In this document: piece after piece, positions 12,462 through 26,100 of the stretch
How the letters are laid out: each line of letters begins with the position of its first letter
Position numbering within the stretch: position 1 is the first letter of the stretch
Source: Octopus sinensis
Taxonomy: Eukaryota
Assembly (NCBI RefSeq): GCF_006345805.1
Contig: NC_042997.1
Location: forward strand, 107,074,001-107,138,000
DNA length: 64,000 bases
Direction of reading: 5' to 3'
The notes under the pieces: generated by a model
Database searches by the model: none
Told to the model about the DNA's origin: nothing
The model's input: only the letters and a program-made list of their open reading frames with translations
Translations under genes and position numbers: made by a program

Positions 12462-13762
12462 GTCCAAAGAAAATCTTAAAGACATTATTCCCACCACAAA
12501 TACTATGTAGGTTGGGCTGAAGTTAATACATGAAATTCCATCCCTGGGGTCAGGTTCAAAAAGTAAATCATAGCAAGTTCAGACTCCAAACATTGAAGAA
12601 AAGGAAGTCCAAACAATGGCAGAGTAAGTTGAGACTTCAAAGATTGAAGAGAAGAAAGTCCAAATGGGGACAGCAATGTGTGTGTGTGTGGAAAAGGTCC
12701 TGACGACATCACAGACACTTGAATGTGCAAAGGTCGAGGACAAGAAAGTACAGACCAGTATAGGCTACATCCCAGTAAGTTGATTCTTAAGACCTGGAAC
12801 AAAAGCATCTACTGACACAGACACTTGAATGTGGAAAGGTCGAGGACAAGAAAGTACAAACAGATTAACAACCAATAGAGGCTACATCCCAGTAAGTTGA
12901 TTCTTAAGACCTGGAACAAAAGCATCTCCTGAAGGAGTCACGTCAGTTAGGAAGTAATTGGTAGCAAGTTGGAATTTTCTTGGGAATTAAAACAATTCAC
13001 CGGCAAATTATCAAGCATAACTATCCTTTGAACATAGTCAAATAGATCTACCAAATGCTGTTCAAATTGTATAAAAGTCGTAATCTAGAAAAACGGCCAC
13101 ACAAATCACGGAAAGAGGCTTTTAAAGAAACCGAATGTTTCAATGCACTCAAATATCTATCACTAGACAAAGAAGGGAGATGTGTGTAAATGTTGTTGCT
13201 CTTTAGTCACAAACCTTACTTCACTAAACCGTGACCAATGATTATATTCCATCACCCAGAATCATCCTGTCTTTTCCTAAATGTAAACAATCACAGGTTC
13301 AATAGTCAAACATTCTAGAGGAATACTGCACTGAGCTCAAACTCAGAATGGGATAAAGGCTCTCTGATGTGGTGGTTGCTAGTTATCTAGTCCACCAGAG
13401 AGCCTATTTTGACTTCAAAAACAAAGAAGACATAACTTCAGTGGACCTCCTTATAAATGTAAAGTCCAAAGAAAAATTAAAGACATTATTCCCACCACAA
13501 ATACTATGTAGGTTGTGTGAAGTGAATACATGAAATTCCATCCCTGGAGTCATGTTCAAAAAGAAAATCATAGCAAGATCAGACTCCAAACATTGAAGAA
13601 AAGGAAGTCCAAACTGTGGCAGAGTAAGTTGAGACTTCAAAGATTGAAGAGAAGAAAGTCCAAATGGTGACAGCAATGTGTGTGTTTGTGTGTATGTGGA
13701 GAATGTCCTGACGACATCACAGACAGCTGAATGTGCAAAGGTCGAGGACAGGAAAGCACAGA

Positions 13763-13862
13763 NNNNNNNNNNNNNNNNNNNNNNNNNNNNNNNNNNNNNN
13801 NNNNNNNNNNNNNNNNNNNNNNNNNNNNNNNNNNNNNNNNNNNNNNNNNNNNNNNNNNNNNN
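13763..13862. other. Assembly gap (100 N)
   Basis: Run of N. Confidence 1.
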
Positions 13863-16800
13863 AAGTAGGAATTTTCTTGGGAATTAAAACCATTCACAGG
13901 CAAATTATCAAGTATAACAATCCTTTGAACATTATGAACATAGTTCAGGAATGATTTGCGATGATTCAGAAGTTGTAATCTAGAAAAACGGCCACACAAA
14001 TCACGAAAAGAGGCTTTTAGAGAAAGTGAGTGCTTAACTGCCCTTGAATATCTATCATTAGTCAAAGAAGGGAGATGTGTGTAATATATTTTGTCTCTTT
14101 AGTTCCAGGCCTAACTTCACTAAACAGTGACCCATGATTGGATTCCTTCAACCAGAAACATCCTGTCTTTTCCAAAATGTAAACAATCCACAACAACATT
14201 GCCGAATATATTCTTTAAGGTGGTAAGTTATGAATTGAAGAGGATTTAGCAATTAAATTTTGCAGATCTCTACCATATATTGACTCCTTTAATAGTTTGG
14301 CTCCCTTATTTGAGATTAACCATTGAACTAAACAACTTTTAAATGTTCAAAAAAGAAAAACAATACTGATTCACATCGCTACCCGCCAGCAGATTGAAAG
14401 TCGATAGTATAACAAACGAGTATAAAACAAATGTCCAGGAAAACACGTGTTTACAAGAACTAAATGTTCATACAAAGGCAAGAAAAAAGCTAATCAAATG
14501 AAGTAGGAGCAAACATGGCAAACACTTACTGTAACATTTGCAATTAGAAGCCATCTCATCGTATAACATGCTTCAAGTTACAGCAATCCAACTAATCAGG
14601 GAATAAAATATGCTAACGATGTCTGTTGCTAATTTGCTGAAGGAAAAGCTTATTCTATAACTTTTTGGAATCTATAATTGTTAATGTGTTTTATTCCTGA
14701 TTCATTATCAAAACTTATCAATAATATGTTATAAATTTGCAAAGTCTAGTTATTGTCCTTCATTTCTAAAACATAAATCATACAGAGTTCATTAAAATAT
14801 CAGTTTGTAAAAATTTATACTGCGTACCAATAGTGGTACATAATGCAGGTTGGGACAGTTAACCATGTACCAAATATGGTGCACAATGTGTTTAAAGTGT
14901 TAGGAGAACATATGATCAAGCGATGGTTGAATTGGACCTATGCACAGTAACCAAGTGGCCACAACAGTGTTCTTATGGTTCACGATCTCCACAACTGGGC
15001 TGAATCCTAGTACAGCATCATGGCCACTGCATCACAGCCTTGCCACTGAAATGTATAATGTGGAGGTCTGTCAGCAGTGTTTTTTCGCTGTGTCTCAGGG
15101 ACACTTCGGAATGATGCAGAGGTTGATAGCTAGGGATGCAGGCAAAAATTCTGTAAAAAATGAAGGCAACAATAGCAAATAAAATATGCTAAGATTGTCT
15201 GTTTCTAATTTGTTAAAGGATAAGTTAATCCAATAACTTTTCTTTATCTATATTTGTTGATATTTTACTTTATTATTATTGATAAGTTTTGATCAGGCGT
15301 CGGCAACCTGTGGCACATAAGTTCAACCAGCATTGCTGCTGAATTGCATAACGTAGAGGTGTGTTATCATTACTTTTTGCTGTGTCTCACGGTCACCTCA
15401 GAATAATGCAAAAGTTGATAGCTAGAGATGCACAAATAAATTCTGTGCCTCAGGGTCATCTCAGAATAACCCACAGATTAATAGCTAGGGATACAGGCAC
15501 AAATTCTGTGAACAAAGGCAACAATTATTTGCACCTTGCTGTAAAGAAGGGGTTCCATTCTCAGGTTCAATAGTCAAACATTCTAGAGGAATACTGCACC
15601 GAGCTCAAACTCAGAAACGGATAAAGGCTCTCTGATGTGGTGGTTGCTAGTTATCTGGTCCACCAGTGAGCTAATTTTGACTTTAAAAACAAAGGAGACA
15701 TAACTGCAGTGGACCTCCTTATAAATGCAAAGTCCAAAGAAAAATTAAATACATTATTCCCACTACAAATACTATGTAGGTTGTCTGAAGTTAATACATG
15801 AAATTCCATCCCTGGGGTCATGTTCAAACAGTAAATCATAGCAAGTTCAGACTCCAAACATTGAAGAAAAGGAAGTCCAAACAGTGGCAGACTAAGTTGA
15901 GACTTCAATGATTGAAGAGAAGAAAGTCCAAATGGGGACCGCAACATGTGTGTGTGGAGAAGGTCCTGACGACATCACAGGCAGTTTAATGCGCAAAGAA
16001 GAAGAAAAGAAAGTAATGACTGATTCACAGCCATTAGAGGCTACATGCCAGAATGCTGATTCTAAAAACCTGGAAGAGAAGGATCTCCTAAAGGTGTCAC
16101 GTCAGTTAGGAAGCAATTGGTAGCAAGTTGGAATATTCTTGGGAATTAAAACTATTGACGTGCAAATTATCAAGCATAACTATCCTTTGAACATTGTCAA
16201 ATAGATCAACCAAATGCTGTACGATGTAATCTAGAAAAACAGCCATACAAACAACAAATAGAGGCTTTTAAAGAAAGTGAGTGCTTAACTACACTTAAAT
16301 ATCTATCACTAGACAAAGAAGGGAAATGCTTCAATTGGACCTATGCACAGTAACCAAGTGGCCACAACAGTGTCCTTATGGTTCACAATATTCACAACTG
16401 GACTGAATCCCGGCACAGCATCAAAGCCACTGCATCACAGCATTGCCACTGAACTGCATAATGTTGAGGTGTGTAACAGAGTGCTTTTTGATGTGTCTCA
16501 GGGATACTTCGGAATGATGCAGAGGTTGATAGCTAGGGATGCAGGCAAAAATTCTGTAATCAAAGAAGGCAACAATAGCAAATAAAATATGATAAGATTG
16601 TCTGTTTCTAATTTGTTAAAGGATAAGTATATCCTATAACTTTTTGTATTTATATTTGTTGATTTGCTTTTTGTTGATATTTTACTTTATTATAATTGAT
16701 AAGTTTTGATCAGGCATCGGCAACCTGCTGCACATAAGCTCCACAGAGCGTTGCTACTAAACTACATAACGTAGAGGTGTGTTATCATTAGTTTTTGCTA

Positions 16801-19341
16801 TGTCTGAAGGTCACCTCAGAACAATCGAAAAGTTGAAAGCTAGAGATGCACACATAAATTCTGTGCCTCAGGTTCATCTCAGAATTACCCACAGATTAAT
16901 AGCTAGGGATGCAGACACAAATTCTGTGAACAAAGGCAACAACTGTTTGCACCTGGCTGTGAAGACGGGGGTTCCATTCTCAGGTTCAATAGTGAAACAT
17001 TCTAGAGGAATACTTCACCGAGCTCAAACTCAGAAACGGATTAAGGCTCTCTGATGTAGTGATTGCTAGTTATCTAGTCCACCAGAGAGCCTATTTTAAC
17101 CTCAAAAACAAAGAAGACATAACTTCAGTGGACCTCCTTATAAATGCAAAGTCCAAAGAAAATTTAAAGATGTTATTCCCACCACAAATACTATGTAGGT
17201 TGTCTGAAGTAAATACATGAAATTCCATCCCTGGAGTCATGTTCAAAGAGTAAATCATAGCAAGATCAGACTCCAAACATTGAAGAAAAAGAAGTCCAAA
17301 CTGTGGCAGAGTAAGTTGAGACTTCAAAGATTGAAGAGAAAAAGTCCAAATAGTGATAGCAACGTGTGTGTGTGTGAGTGTGTGTGGAGAATGTCCTGAC
17401 AACACCACAGATAGTTGAATGTGCAAAGGTCGAGGACCAGAAAGTACAGACCGATTAACAGCCAGTAGAGGCTACATCCCAGTAAGTTGATTCTTAAAAT
17501 CTGGAAGAGTTACGTCAGTTAGGAAGTAATTGGTAGCAACTTGGAATTTTCTTGAGAATTAAAACTATTCACCGGCAATTTATCAAGCATAACTATCCTT
17601 TGAACATAGTCAAATAGATCTACCAAATGCTGTTCAAATAGTACAAAAGTTGTAATCTAGAAAAACAGCCGCACAAATCACGAAAAGAGGCTTTTAAAGA
17701 AACCGAATGTTTCAATGCACTTAAATATCTATCACTAGACAAAGAAGGGAGATGTGTGTAAATGTTGTTGCTCTTTAGTCACAGGCCTTACTTCACTATA
17801 CAGTGACCCATGATTATATTCCTTCAACCAGAAACATCCTGTCTTTTCCTAAATGTAAACAATCCACAACAACATTGCCGAATATATTCTTTAAGGTGAT
17901 AAGTTATGAATTGAAGCGGATTTAGCAATTAAATCTTGCAGATCTCTACCGTATATAGACTCCTTTAATAGTTTGGCTCCCTTATTTGAGATTAACCTTT
18001 GAACTAAACGACTTTTAAATGTCCAAAAAAGAAAAACAATACTGATTCACATCACTACCCGCCAGCAGACTGAAAGTCGATAGTATAACAAACGAGTATA
18101 AAACAAATGTCCCAGAAAAACGTGTTTACAAGAACTAAATGTTCATACAAGGGCAAGAAAAAAGCTAATCAAATGAGGTAGGAACAAACGTGGCAAACAC
18201 ATACTGTAACATTTGCAATGAGAAGCCATCTCATCGTATAACATGCTTCAAGTTACAGCAAGCCAACTAATCAGGGAATAAAATATGCTAACAATGTCTG
18301 TTGCTAATTTGCTGGAAAAGTTTATTCTATAACTTTTTGTGATATATATATGTTGATGTGTCTTTTCTTTTGAAAATGAATCAGGAATATGTTATAAATT
18401 TGCAAAATCTTGTTACTGTCCTTTATTTCTAAAATATAAATCATACAGAGTTCACTAAAATATCAGTTTGTAAATATTTATACTGTGTACCAAAAGTGGT
18501 ACATGATGTCGGTGGGACAGTTACCCATGTACCATATATGGCGCACGATGTGGTTAAAGTGTTAAGAGAACTTATAATCAGGCGATGCGCCAATTGGACC
18601 TATGCACAGTAACCGAGTGGCCACAACAGTGTTCTTGTGGTTCACAATATCCACAACTGGACTGAAATCCGGAACAGCATCAAGGCCACTGCATCACAGC
18701 CTTGCCACTGAACTGCATAATATGGAAGTGTGTAACAAATGTTTTTTGCCGTGTCTCAGGAACACTTAGGAATAATGCACCAGTTAATAGCTAGGGATGC
18801 AGGCACAAATTCTGTGAACAAAGGCTACAATTGTTTGCATCTTGCTGTGAAGAAGGGGTTCCATTCTCAGGTTCAATAGTCAAACATTCTAGAGCAATAC
18901 TCTCACAAGTTCAGACCCTGAAAGGGATGAAGGTTCTCTGACGTGGTGGTTGCTAGTTATCTAGTCCACTAGAAAGCCAATTATGACTTTAAAAACAAAG
19001 GAGACATTACTCCATTAGACCTCCTTAAAAATGCATAGTCCAAAGGAAAATTAAAGACATTATTCCCACCACAAATACTATGTAGGTTGACTGAAGTTAA
19101 TACATGAAATTCCATCCCTGGGGTCAGGTTCAAAAAGTAAATCATAGCAAGTTCAGACTCCAAACAGTGGCAGAGTAAGTTGAGACTTCAAAGATTGAAG
19201 AGAAGAAAGTCCAAATGTGTGTGTGTGTGGAAAAGGTCCTGACGACATCACAGACAGTTGAATGTGCAAAGGTCGAGGACAAGAAAGTACAGACCAGTAG
19301 AGGCTACATCCCAGTAAGTTGATTCTTAAAACCTGGAACAA

Positions 19342-22300
19342 AAGCATTTCCTGAAGGAGTCACGTCAGTTAGGAAGTAATTGGTAGCAAGTGGGAATTTT
19401 CTTGGGAATTAAAACTATTGACCTGCAAATTATCAAGCATAACAATCCTTTGAGCATTGTCAAAATAGATCTACCAAATGCTGTACAAATGGTTCAGAAG
19501 TTGTAATCTAGAAAAACGGCCACACAAATCACGAAAAGAGGCTTTTAAACAAACAAAGAAGGGAGATGTGTGTAAATGTTGTTGCTCTTTAGTCACAAAC
19601 CTTACTTCACTAAACCGTGACCAATGATTAAATTCCTTCACCCAGAATCATCCTGTCTTTTCCTAAATGTAAACAATCACAGGTTCAATAGTCAAACATT
19701 CTAGAGCAGGGGACTCCAAAGTACGGCCCGCCAAGGTTTTTAATCCGGCCCGCCGAGCCATCCTCCAAAATTATAAAACAAATGTCGAAAAACAAGCCTT
19801 GCCGAAATCATACAAAAACAAATATACTTTACACCCCTTTTAATACGTTTGACAAATATAGTACAGCAAATAGACGCAAGACGACGCTAATTGATTTGCC
19901 ATCAATTAATGTCTTTAAATTGCGCCGGCGAATTAAAAATTTATACACTAAACTTTAGTGTAAATATAGGTTCTTTTCCACTCCCCCCGTTCTAACTGAC
20001 CCATCAGAACCACCATAAAATGAATTAACTTCGCTATGGAGCTACCTATCATTCATCTTAGATAATAGGCGATTGTCAGTGAGATGGATGGTGCTGCTTA
20101 CAATGAAGCAGAGATTCAATTTCTAGCTTTATTGATGTCTCAGAAAAGTCAACCTATTCCGTCAACTGTCGAGAGAGCAGATACGACAAGTATGACGTTA
20201 ATAAAAGTCCCGTGCCTAGTATAATAAAAGAAGACAAATATCGATTTATCGATGTTACCTACATCTCACGAGCGATGAATAGAGAGGGTTGAGCCTGACG
20301 TTGTGTGGTGGTTTCTAATCCTGGTGCAGTCGCCCAGCACAGACTTGGCGTTTTCGTTGTGCACAAGTGTGAGTCATTTGTCGTCGTCGCTGCCGAAGTG
20401 AATGCACGTATCGAGTGACCTGTGAATATTGTTTTTACTTGTTTCGTCCTTTTACATATATCGTCGAGCAAAATCTGTCGACCCATGGTAAAAATGTTAG
20501 CTCAAGGAAGAAAACGAAAAATCGACTCTGAGTGTAAAGTTTTTAAGGAACAATGGAACATAGACTATTTTGTCATAGAGTCAAACAACAAGGCACTATG
20601 CGTTATATGCACCGACACAATTGCAGTACTTAAAGAGTACAACATTCGGAGACATTATGAAAAAAAGCATTCATCACAGTACTACCAATTCATTGGACAG
20701 CTACGTAAAGAGAAATTTGACAAATTAAAGAAGAATTTATCATCAATGCAGTTTGTTTTCAAGAAGAAGGCTGTAGAAAAAGAGAGAGCAACAAGAGCAA
20801 GCTTCCATGTTGCTAACCTTTTGGCGAAGAAAGGTAAGCCATTTACAGATGGTGAACTTATTAAAAAGTGCTTGAATGAGGTAGCTAAGGAAATGTGTCC
20901 AGAAAACGTAGATTTATTTTCCGCAATTAGTCTTTCTGCGAACACTGTTGCTCGTAGGGTTGAACATATTGAAAGAAATATTAAATCACAGCTAAAAGAC
21001 AAAGCCAGCAAGTTTGTATGCTTTTCTGTTGCACTTGATGAGTCAATTGATGTATCAGACACATCCCAATTGTTATTGTTCATCAGAGGAATAAATGCCA
21101 ATTTTGAGATTACTGAGGAACTTGTATCTGTGCACAGCATGCATGGAACAACAACAGGCATAGATATTTTTAGAGAAGTGGAAAAGTCAGTGGCTGAGTA
21201 TAATTTGGAATGGAAAAACTAAAATGCATAACAACAGATGGTGGCAGAAATATGTGTGGAACCAAAAAGGGCTCAGTTGGGCAAATTAACAAAGTAATTG
21301 AGAATTCCGGTGGATTGAAACCTTTGGTATTGCATTGTATTCTTCATCAGCAAGTACTGTGTGGAAAGCATCTTGATTTATCATCTGTATTAGATCCTGT
21401 GATTTCCACTGTTAACTACATAAGATCTCATGGACTCAAACATCGCCAATTTCGTGATTTCTTGGAGGAAATGAATGCTGAGTTTCCAGACCTACCTTAC
21501 TATACTTCAGTAAGATGGCTTAGCTATGGAAAAATTCTGGCTAGATTTTTTGAGCTTCGAACTGAAATTGAAATATTTTTAAATGAGAAAAACCATTTAC
21601 AGGTGTTGCTCAAAGACAGTGAATGGCTCTGGAAATTAGCATTTTCAGCCGATTTAACTATGCATCTCAATGATTTCAACCTACGGATACAAGGTGAAAC
21701 TTCACTCATCTGTGATTTGTACTCAAAGGTGAAAGCTTTTCGTAAGAAATTAATACTATTTGAAAGTCAGTTAACAAGAAGCTGCTTTACTCATTTTTCA
21801 CGATGTGACAAATATAGACAGGAAGCTGCCACTCCATTTCCAAACTTGTTTGCTCAAGATGTCCAAAGAAAATCTTAAAGACATTATTCCCACCACAAAT
21901 ACTATGTAGGTTGGGCTGAAGTTAATACATGAAATTCCATCCCTGGGGTCAGGTTCAAAAAGTAAATCATAGCAAGTTCAGACTCCAAACATTGAAGAAA
22001 AGGAAGTCCAAACAATGGCAGAGTAAGTTGAGACTTCAAAGATTGAAGAGAAGAAAGTCCAAATGGGGACAGCAATGTGTGTGTGTGTGGAAAAGGTCCT
22101 GACGACATCACAGACACTTGAATGTGCAAAGGTCGAGGACAAGAAAGTACAGACCAGTATAGGCTACATCCCAGTAAGTTGATTCTTAAGACCTGGAACA
22201 AAAGCATCTACTGACACAGACACTTGAATGTGGAAAGGTCGAGGACAAGAAAGTACAAACAGATTAACAACCAATAGAGGCTACATCCCAGTAAGTTGAT

Positions 22301-23161
22301 TCTTAAGACCTGGAACAAAAGCATCTCCTGAAGGAGTCACGTCAGTTAGGAAGTAATTGGTAGCAAGTTGGAATTTTCTTGGGAATTAAAACAATTCACC
22401 GGCAAATTATCAAGCATAACTATCCTTTGAACATAGTCAAATAGATCTACCAAATGCTGTTCAAATTGTATAAAAGTCGTAATCTAGAAAAACGGCCACA
22501 CAAATCACGGAAAGAGGCTTTTAAAGAAACCGAATGTTTCAATGCACTCAAATATCTATCACTAGACAAAGAAGGGAGATGTGTGTAAATGTTGTTGCTC
22601 TTTAGTCACAAACCTTACTTCACTAAACCGTGACCAATGATTATATTCCATCACCCAGAATCATCCTGTCTTTTCCTAAATGTAAACAATCACAGGTTCA
22701 ATAGTCAAACATTCTAGAGGAATACTGCACTGAGCTCAAACTCAGAATGGGATAAAGGCTCTCTGATGTGGTGGTTGCTAGTTATCTAGTCCACCAGAGA
22801 GCCTATTTTGACTTCAAAAACAAAGAAGACATAACTTCAGTGGACCTCCTTATAAATGTAAAGTCCAAAGAAAAATTAAAGACATTATTCCCACCACAAA
22901 TACTATGTAGGTTGTGTGAAGTGAATACATGAAATTCCATCCCTGGAGTCATGTTCAAAAAGAAAATCATAGCAAGATCAGACTCCAAACATTGAAGAAA
23001 AGGAAGTCCAAACTGTGGCAGAGTAAGTTGAGACTTCAAAGATTGAAGAGAAGAAAGTCCAAATGGTGACAGCAATGTGTGTGTTTGTGTGTATGTGGAG
23101 AATGTCCTGACGACATCACAGACAGCTGAATGTGCAAAGGTCGAGGACAGGAAAGCACAGA
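19342..23161 (+). repeat. ~3.8-kb near-identical duplication, copy 2
   Basis: Matches 9925-13762. Confidence 0.93.
19707..21860 (+). mobile_element. Second copy of the same truncated hAT insertion (transposase 20485-21860)
   Basis: Same target site, frameshift and 3' breakpoint as copy 1, plus an 18-bp deletion between ggcccgc repeats near the 5' end. Confidence 0.92.
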
Positions 23162-26100
23162 CTGATTGACAGCCAGTAGAGGCTACATCCCAGTAAGTTG
23201 ATTCTTAAAACCTGGAAGAAAAGGATATCTGGAAGGAGTCTCATCAGTTAGGAAGTAATTGGTAGCAACTTGGAATTTTCTTGAGAATTAAAACTTGCCC
23301 TGCAAATTATCAAGCATAACAATCCTTTGAACATTGTCAAATAGATCTACCAAATGCTGTTCAAATGGCATCAAAGTTGTAATCTAGAAAAACGGCCACA
23401 CAAATCACGAAAAGAGGCTTTTAAAGAAACCGAATGTTTCAATGCACTCAAATATCTATCACTAGACAAAGAAGGGAGATGTGTGTAAATGTTGTTGCTC
23501 TTTAGTCACAGGCCTTACTTCACTAAACCGTGACCAACGATTAAATTCCTTCACCCAGAATCATCCTGTCTTTTCCTAAATGTAAACAACCACAGGTTCA
23601 ATAGTCAAACATTCAAGAGGAATACTGCACTGAGCTCAAACTCAGAATGGGATAAAGGCTCTCTGATGTGGTGGTTGCTAGTTATCTAGTCCACCAGAGA
23701 GCCTATTTTGACTTCAAAAACAAAGAAGACATAACTTCAGTGGACCTCCTTATAAATGCAAAGTCCAAAGAAAAATTAAAGACATTATTCCCACCACAAA
23801 TACTATGTAGGTTGTGTGAAGTGAATACATGAAACTCCATCCCTGGAGTCATGTTCAAAAAGAAAATCATAGCAAGATCAGACTCCAAACATTGAAGAAA
23901 AGGAAGTCCAAACTGTGGCAGAGTAAGTTGAGACTTCAAAGATTGAAGAGAAGAAAGTCCAAATGGTGACAGCAACGTGTGTGTGTGTGTGTGTGTGTGG
24001 AGAATGTCCTGACGACATCACAGACAGCTGAATGTGCAAAGGTCGAGGACAGGAAAGCACAGACTGATTGACAGCCAGTAGAGGCTACATCCCAGTAAGT
24101 TGATTCTTAAGACCTGGAAGAAAAGGATATCCGGAAGGAGTCACGTCAGTTAGGAAGTAATTGGTAGCAAGTAGGAATTTTCTTGAGAATTAAAACTATT
24201 GCCCTGCAAATTATCAAGCATAACAATCCTTTGAACATTGTCAAATAGATCTACTAAATGCTGTTCAAATGGCATCAAAGTTGTAATCTAGAAAAACGGC
24301 CGCACAAATCACGAAAAGAGGCTTTTAAAGAAACTGAGTGTTTAACTGCCCTTGAATGTCTATCATGACTCAAAGAATGGAGATGTGTGTAAATATTGTT
24401 GCTCTTTAGTCACAGGCCTTACTTCACTAAACACTAACCCATGATTAAATTCCTTTAACCATAAACATACCGTCTTTTCCAAAATGTAAACAATCCACAA
24501 CCACATTGCCCAACACATTCTTTAAGGTGGTAAGGTATGAATTGAAGAGGATTTAGCAATTAAATCTTGCAGATCTCTACCATATATTGACTCCTTTAAA
24601 AGTTTGGCTCCCTTACTTGAGATTAACCTTTGAACAAAAGAACTTTGAAAGGTTCAAAAAAGAATAAAAATAATGTTTTACAACATTACACGCCAGCAGA
24701 CTGAATGTCGATAGTATAACAAACGAGTATAAAACAAATGTCCCAGAAAAACATGTTTACAAGAACTAAATGTTCATACAGGGGCAAGGAAAAAGCTAAT
24801 CAAATTAGGTAGGAACAAACATGGGAAACACTTACTGTGACATTTGCAATGAGAAGCCATCTCATCGTATAAAATGCTTCAAGTGACAGCAATCCAACTA
24901 ATCAGGGAATAAAATATGCTAACGATGTCTGTTGTTAATTTGCTGAAGGAAAAGTTTATTCTATAACTCTTTGGGATCTATATCTGTTGATGTGTCCTTT
25001 CACATTATTGATAAGTTTTGAAAATGAATCAGGAATATGTTATAAATTTGCAAAATCTAGTTATTGTCCCTCATTTCTAAAACATAAATCATACAGAGTT
25101 CATTAAAATATCAGTTTGTAAAAATTTATACTGTGTACCAATAGTGGTACATGATGCAGGTTGGGACAGTTACACATGTACCATATATGGCCCACGATGT
25201 GGTTAAAGTGTTAAGAGAACATATGATCAAGCGATGCTTCAATTGGACCTATGTACAGTAACTGAGTGGCCACAACAGTGTCCTTATGGTTCACAATATC
25301 CACAACTGGACTGACTCCCGGAACAGCATCAAGGTTACTGTATCACAGCCTTGTCACTGAACTGCATAATGTGGAAGTGTGTAACCAGTGTTTTTTACTG
25401 TGTCTCAGGGACACTTTCGAATAGTGCACCAGTTAATAGCTAGGGATGCAGGCATAAATTCTGTGTCTCAGGGTCAACTCAGAATAATAGCTAGGGATGA
25501 AGACACAAATTCTTTGAACAAAGGCTACAATTGTTTGCACCTTGCTGTGCAGAAGGGGTTCCATTCTTAGGTTTAATAGTCAAATATTCTAGGGGAATAC
25601 TGTAACGAGTTCAAATTCAGAAAGGGATAAAGGCTCTCTGATGTGGTGGTTGCTAGTTATCTAGTCCACTGGAAAGCCATTTATAACTTTAAAAACAAAG
25701 GAGACATTACTCTATTGGACCTTCTTAAAAATGCAAAGTCCAAAGAAAAATTAAAGACATTATTCCCACCACAAATACTATGTAGGTTGTCTGAAGTTAA
25801 TACATGAAATTCCATCCCTGGAGTCATGTTCAAAAAGTAAATCATAGCAAGTTCAGACTCCAAACATTGAAGAAAAGTAAGTCCAAATAGTGGCAGACTA
25901 AGTTGAGACTTCAAAGATTGAAGAGAAGAAAGTCCAAATGGTGACAGCAACTTGTGTGTGTGTATGTGGAGAAGGTCCTGACAACATCACAGACAGTTGA
26001 ATGTGCAAAGGTTGAGGACAAGAAAGTACAAACAGATTAACAACCAGTAGAGACTACATCCCAGTAAGTTGATTCTTAAAACCTGGAAGAAAAGTATCTC

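Larger units (their letters stand above)
9925..13762 (+). repeat. ~3.8-kb near-identical duplication, copy 1 (copy 2 at ~19342-23161)
   Basis: The ORF track gives identical proteins at offset 9399. Visible differences are an 18-bp deletion and one substitution (gctgaaa/gccgaaa). Copy 1 ends at the N gap. Confidence 0.93.

Noticed and set aside
11086-12479. Domesticated GTF2IRD2-like host gene
   Set aside because: It has a TIR and target site, a frameshift and a truncated C-terminus, so it is a transposon copy.
13404-13676. Recurrent minus-strand MLSPFGLSSLQSLK ORFs in the array
   Set aside because: Antisense to the Ank/RING frame with variable ends and no recognisable domain; recurrence follows from the DNA repeat.
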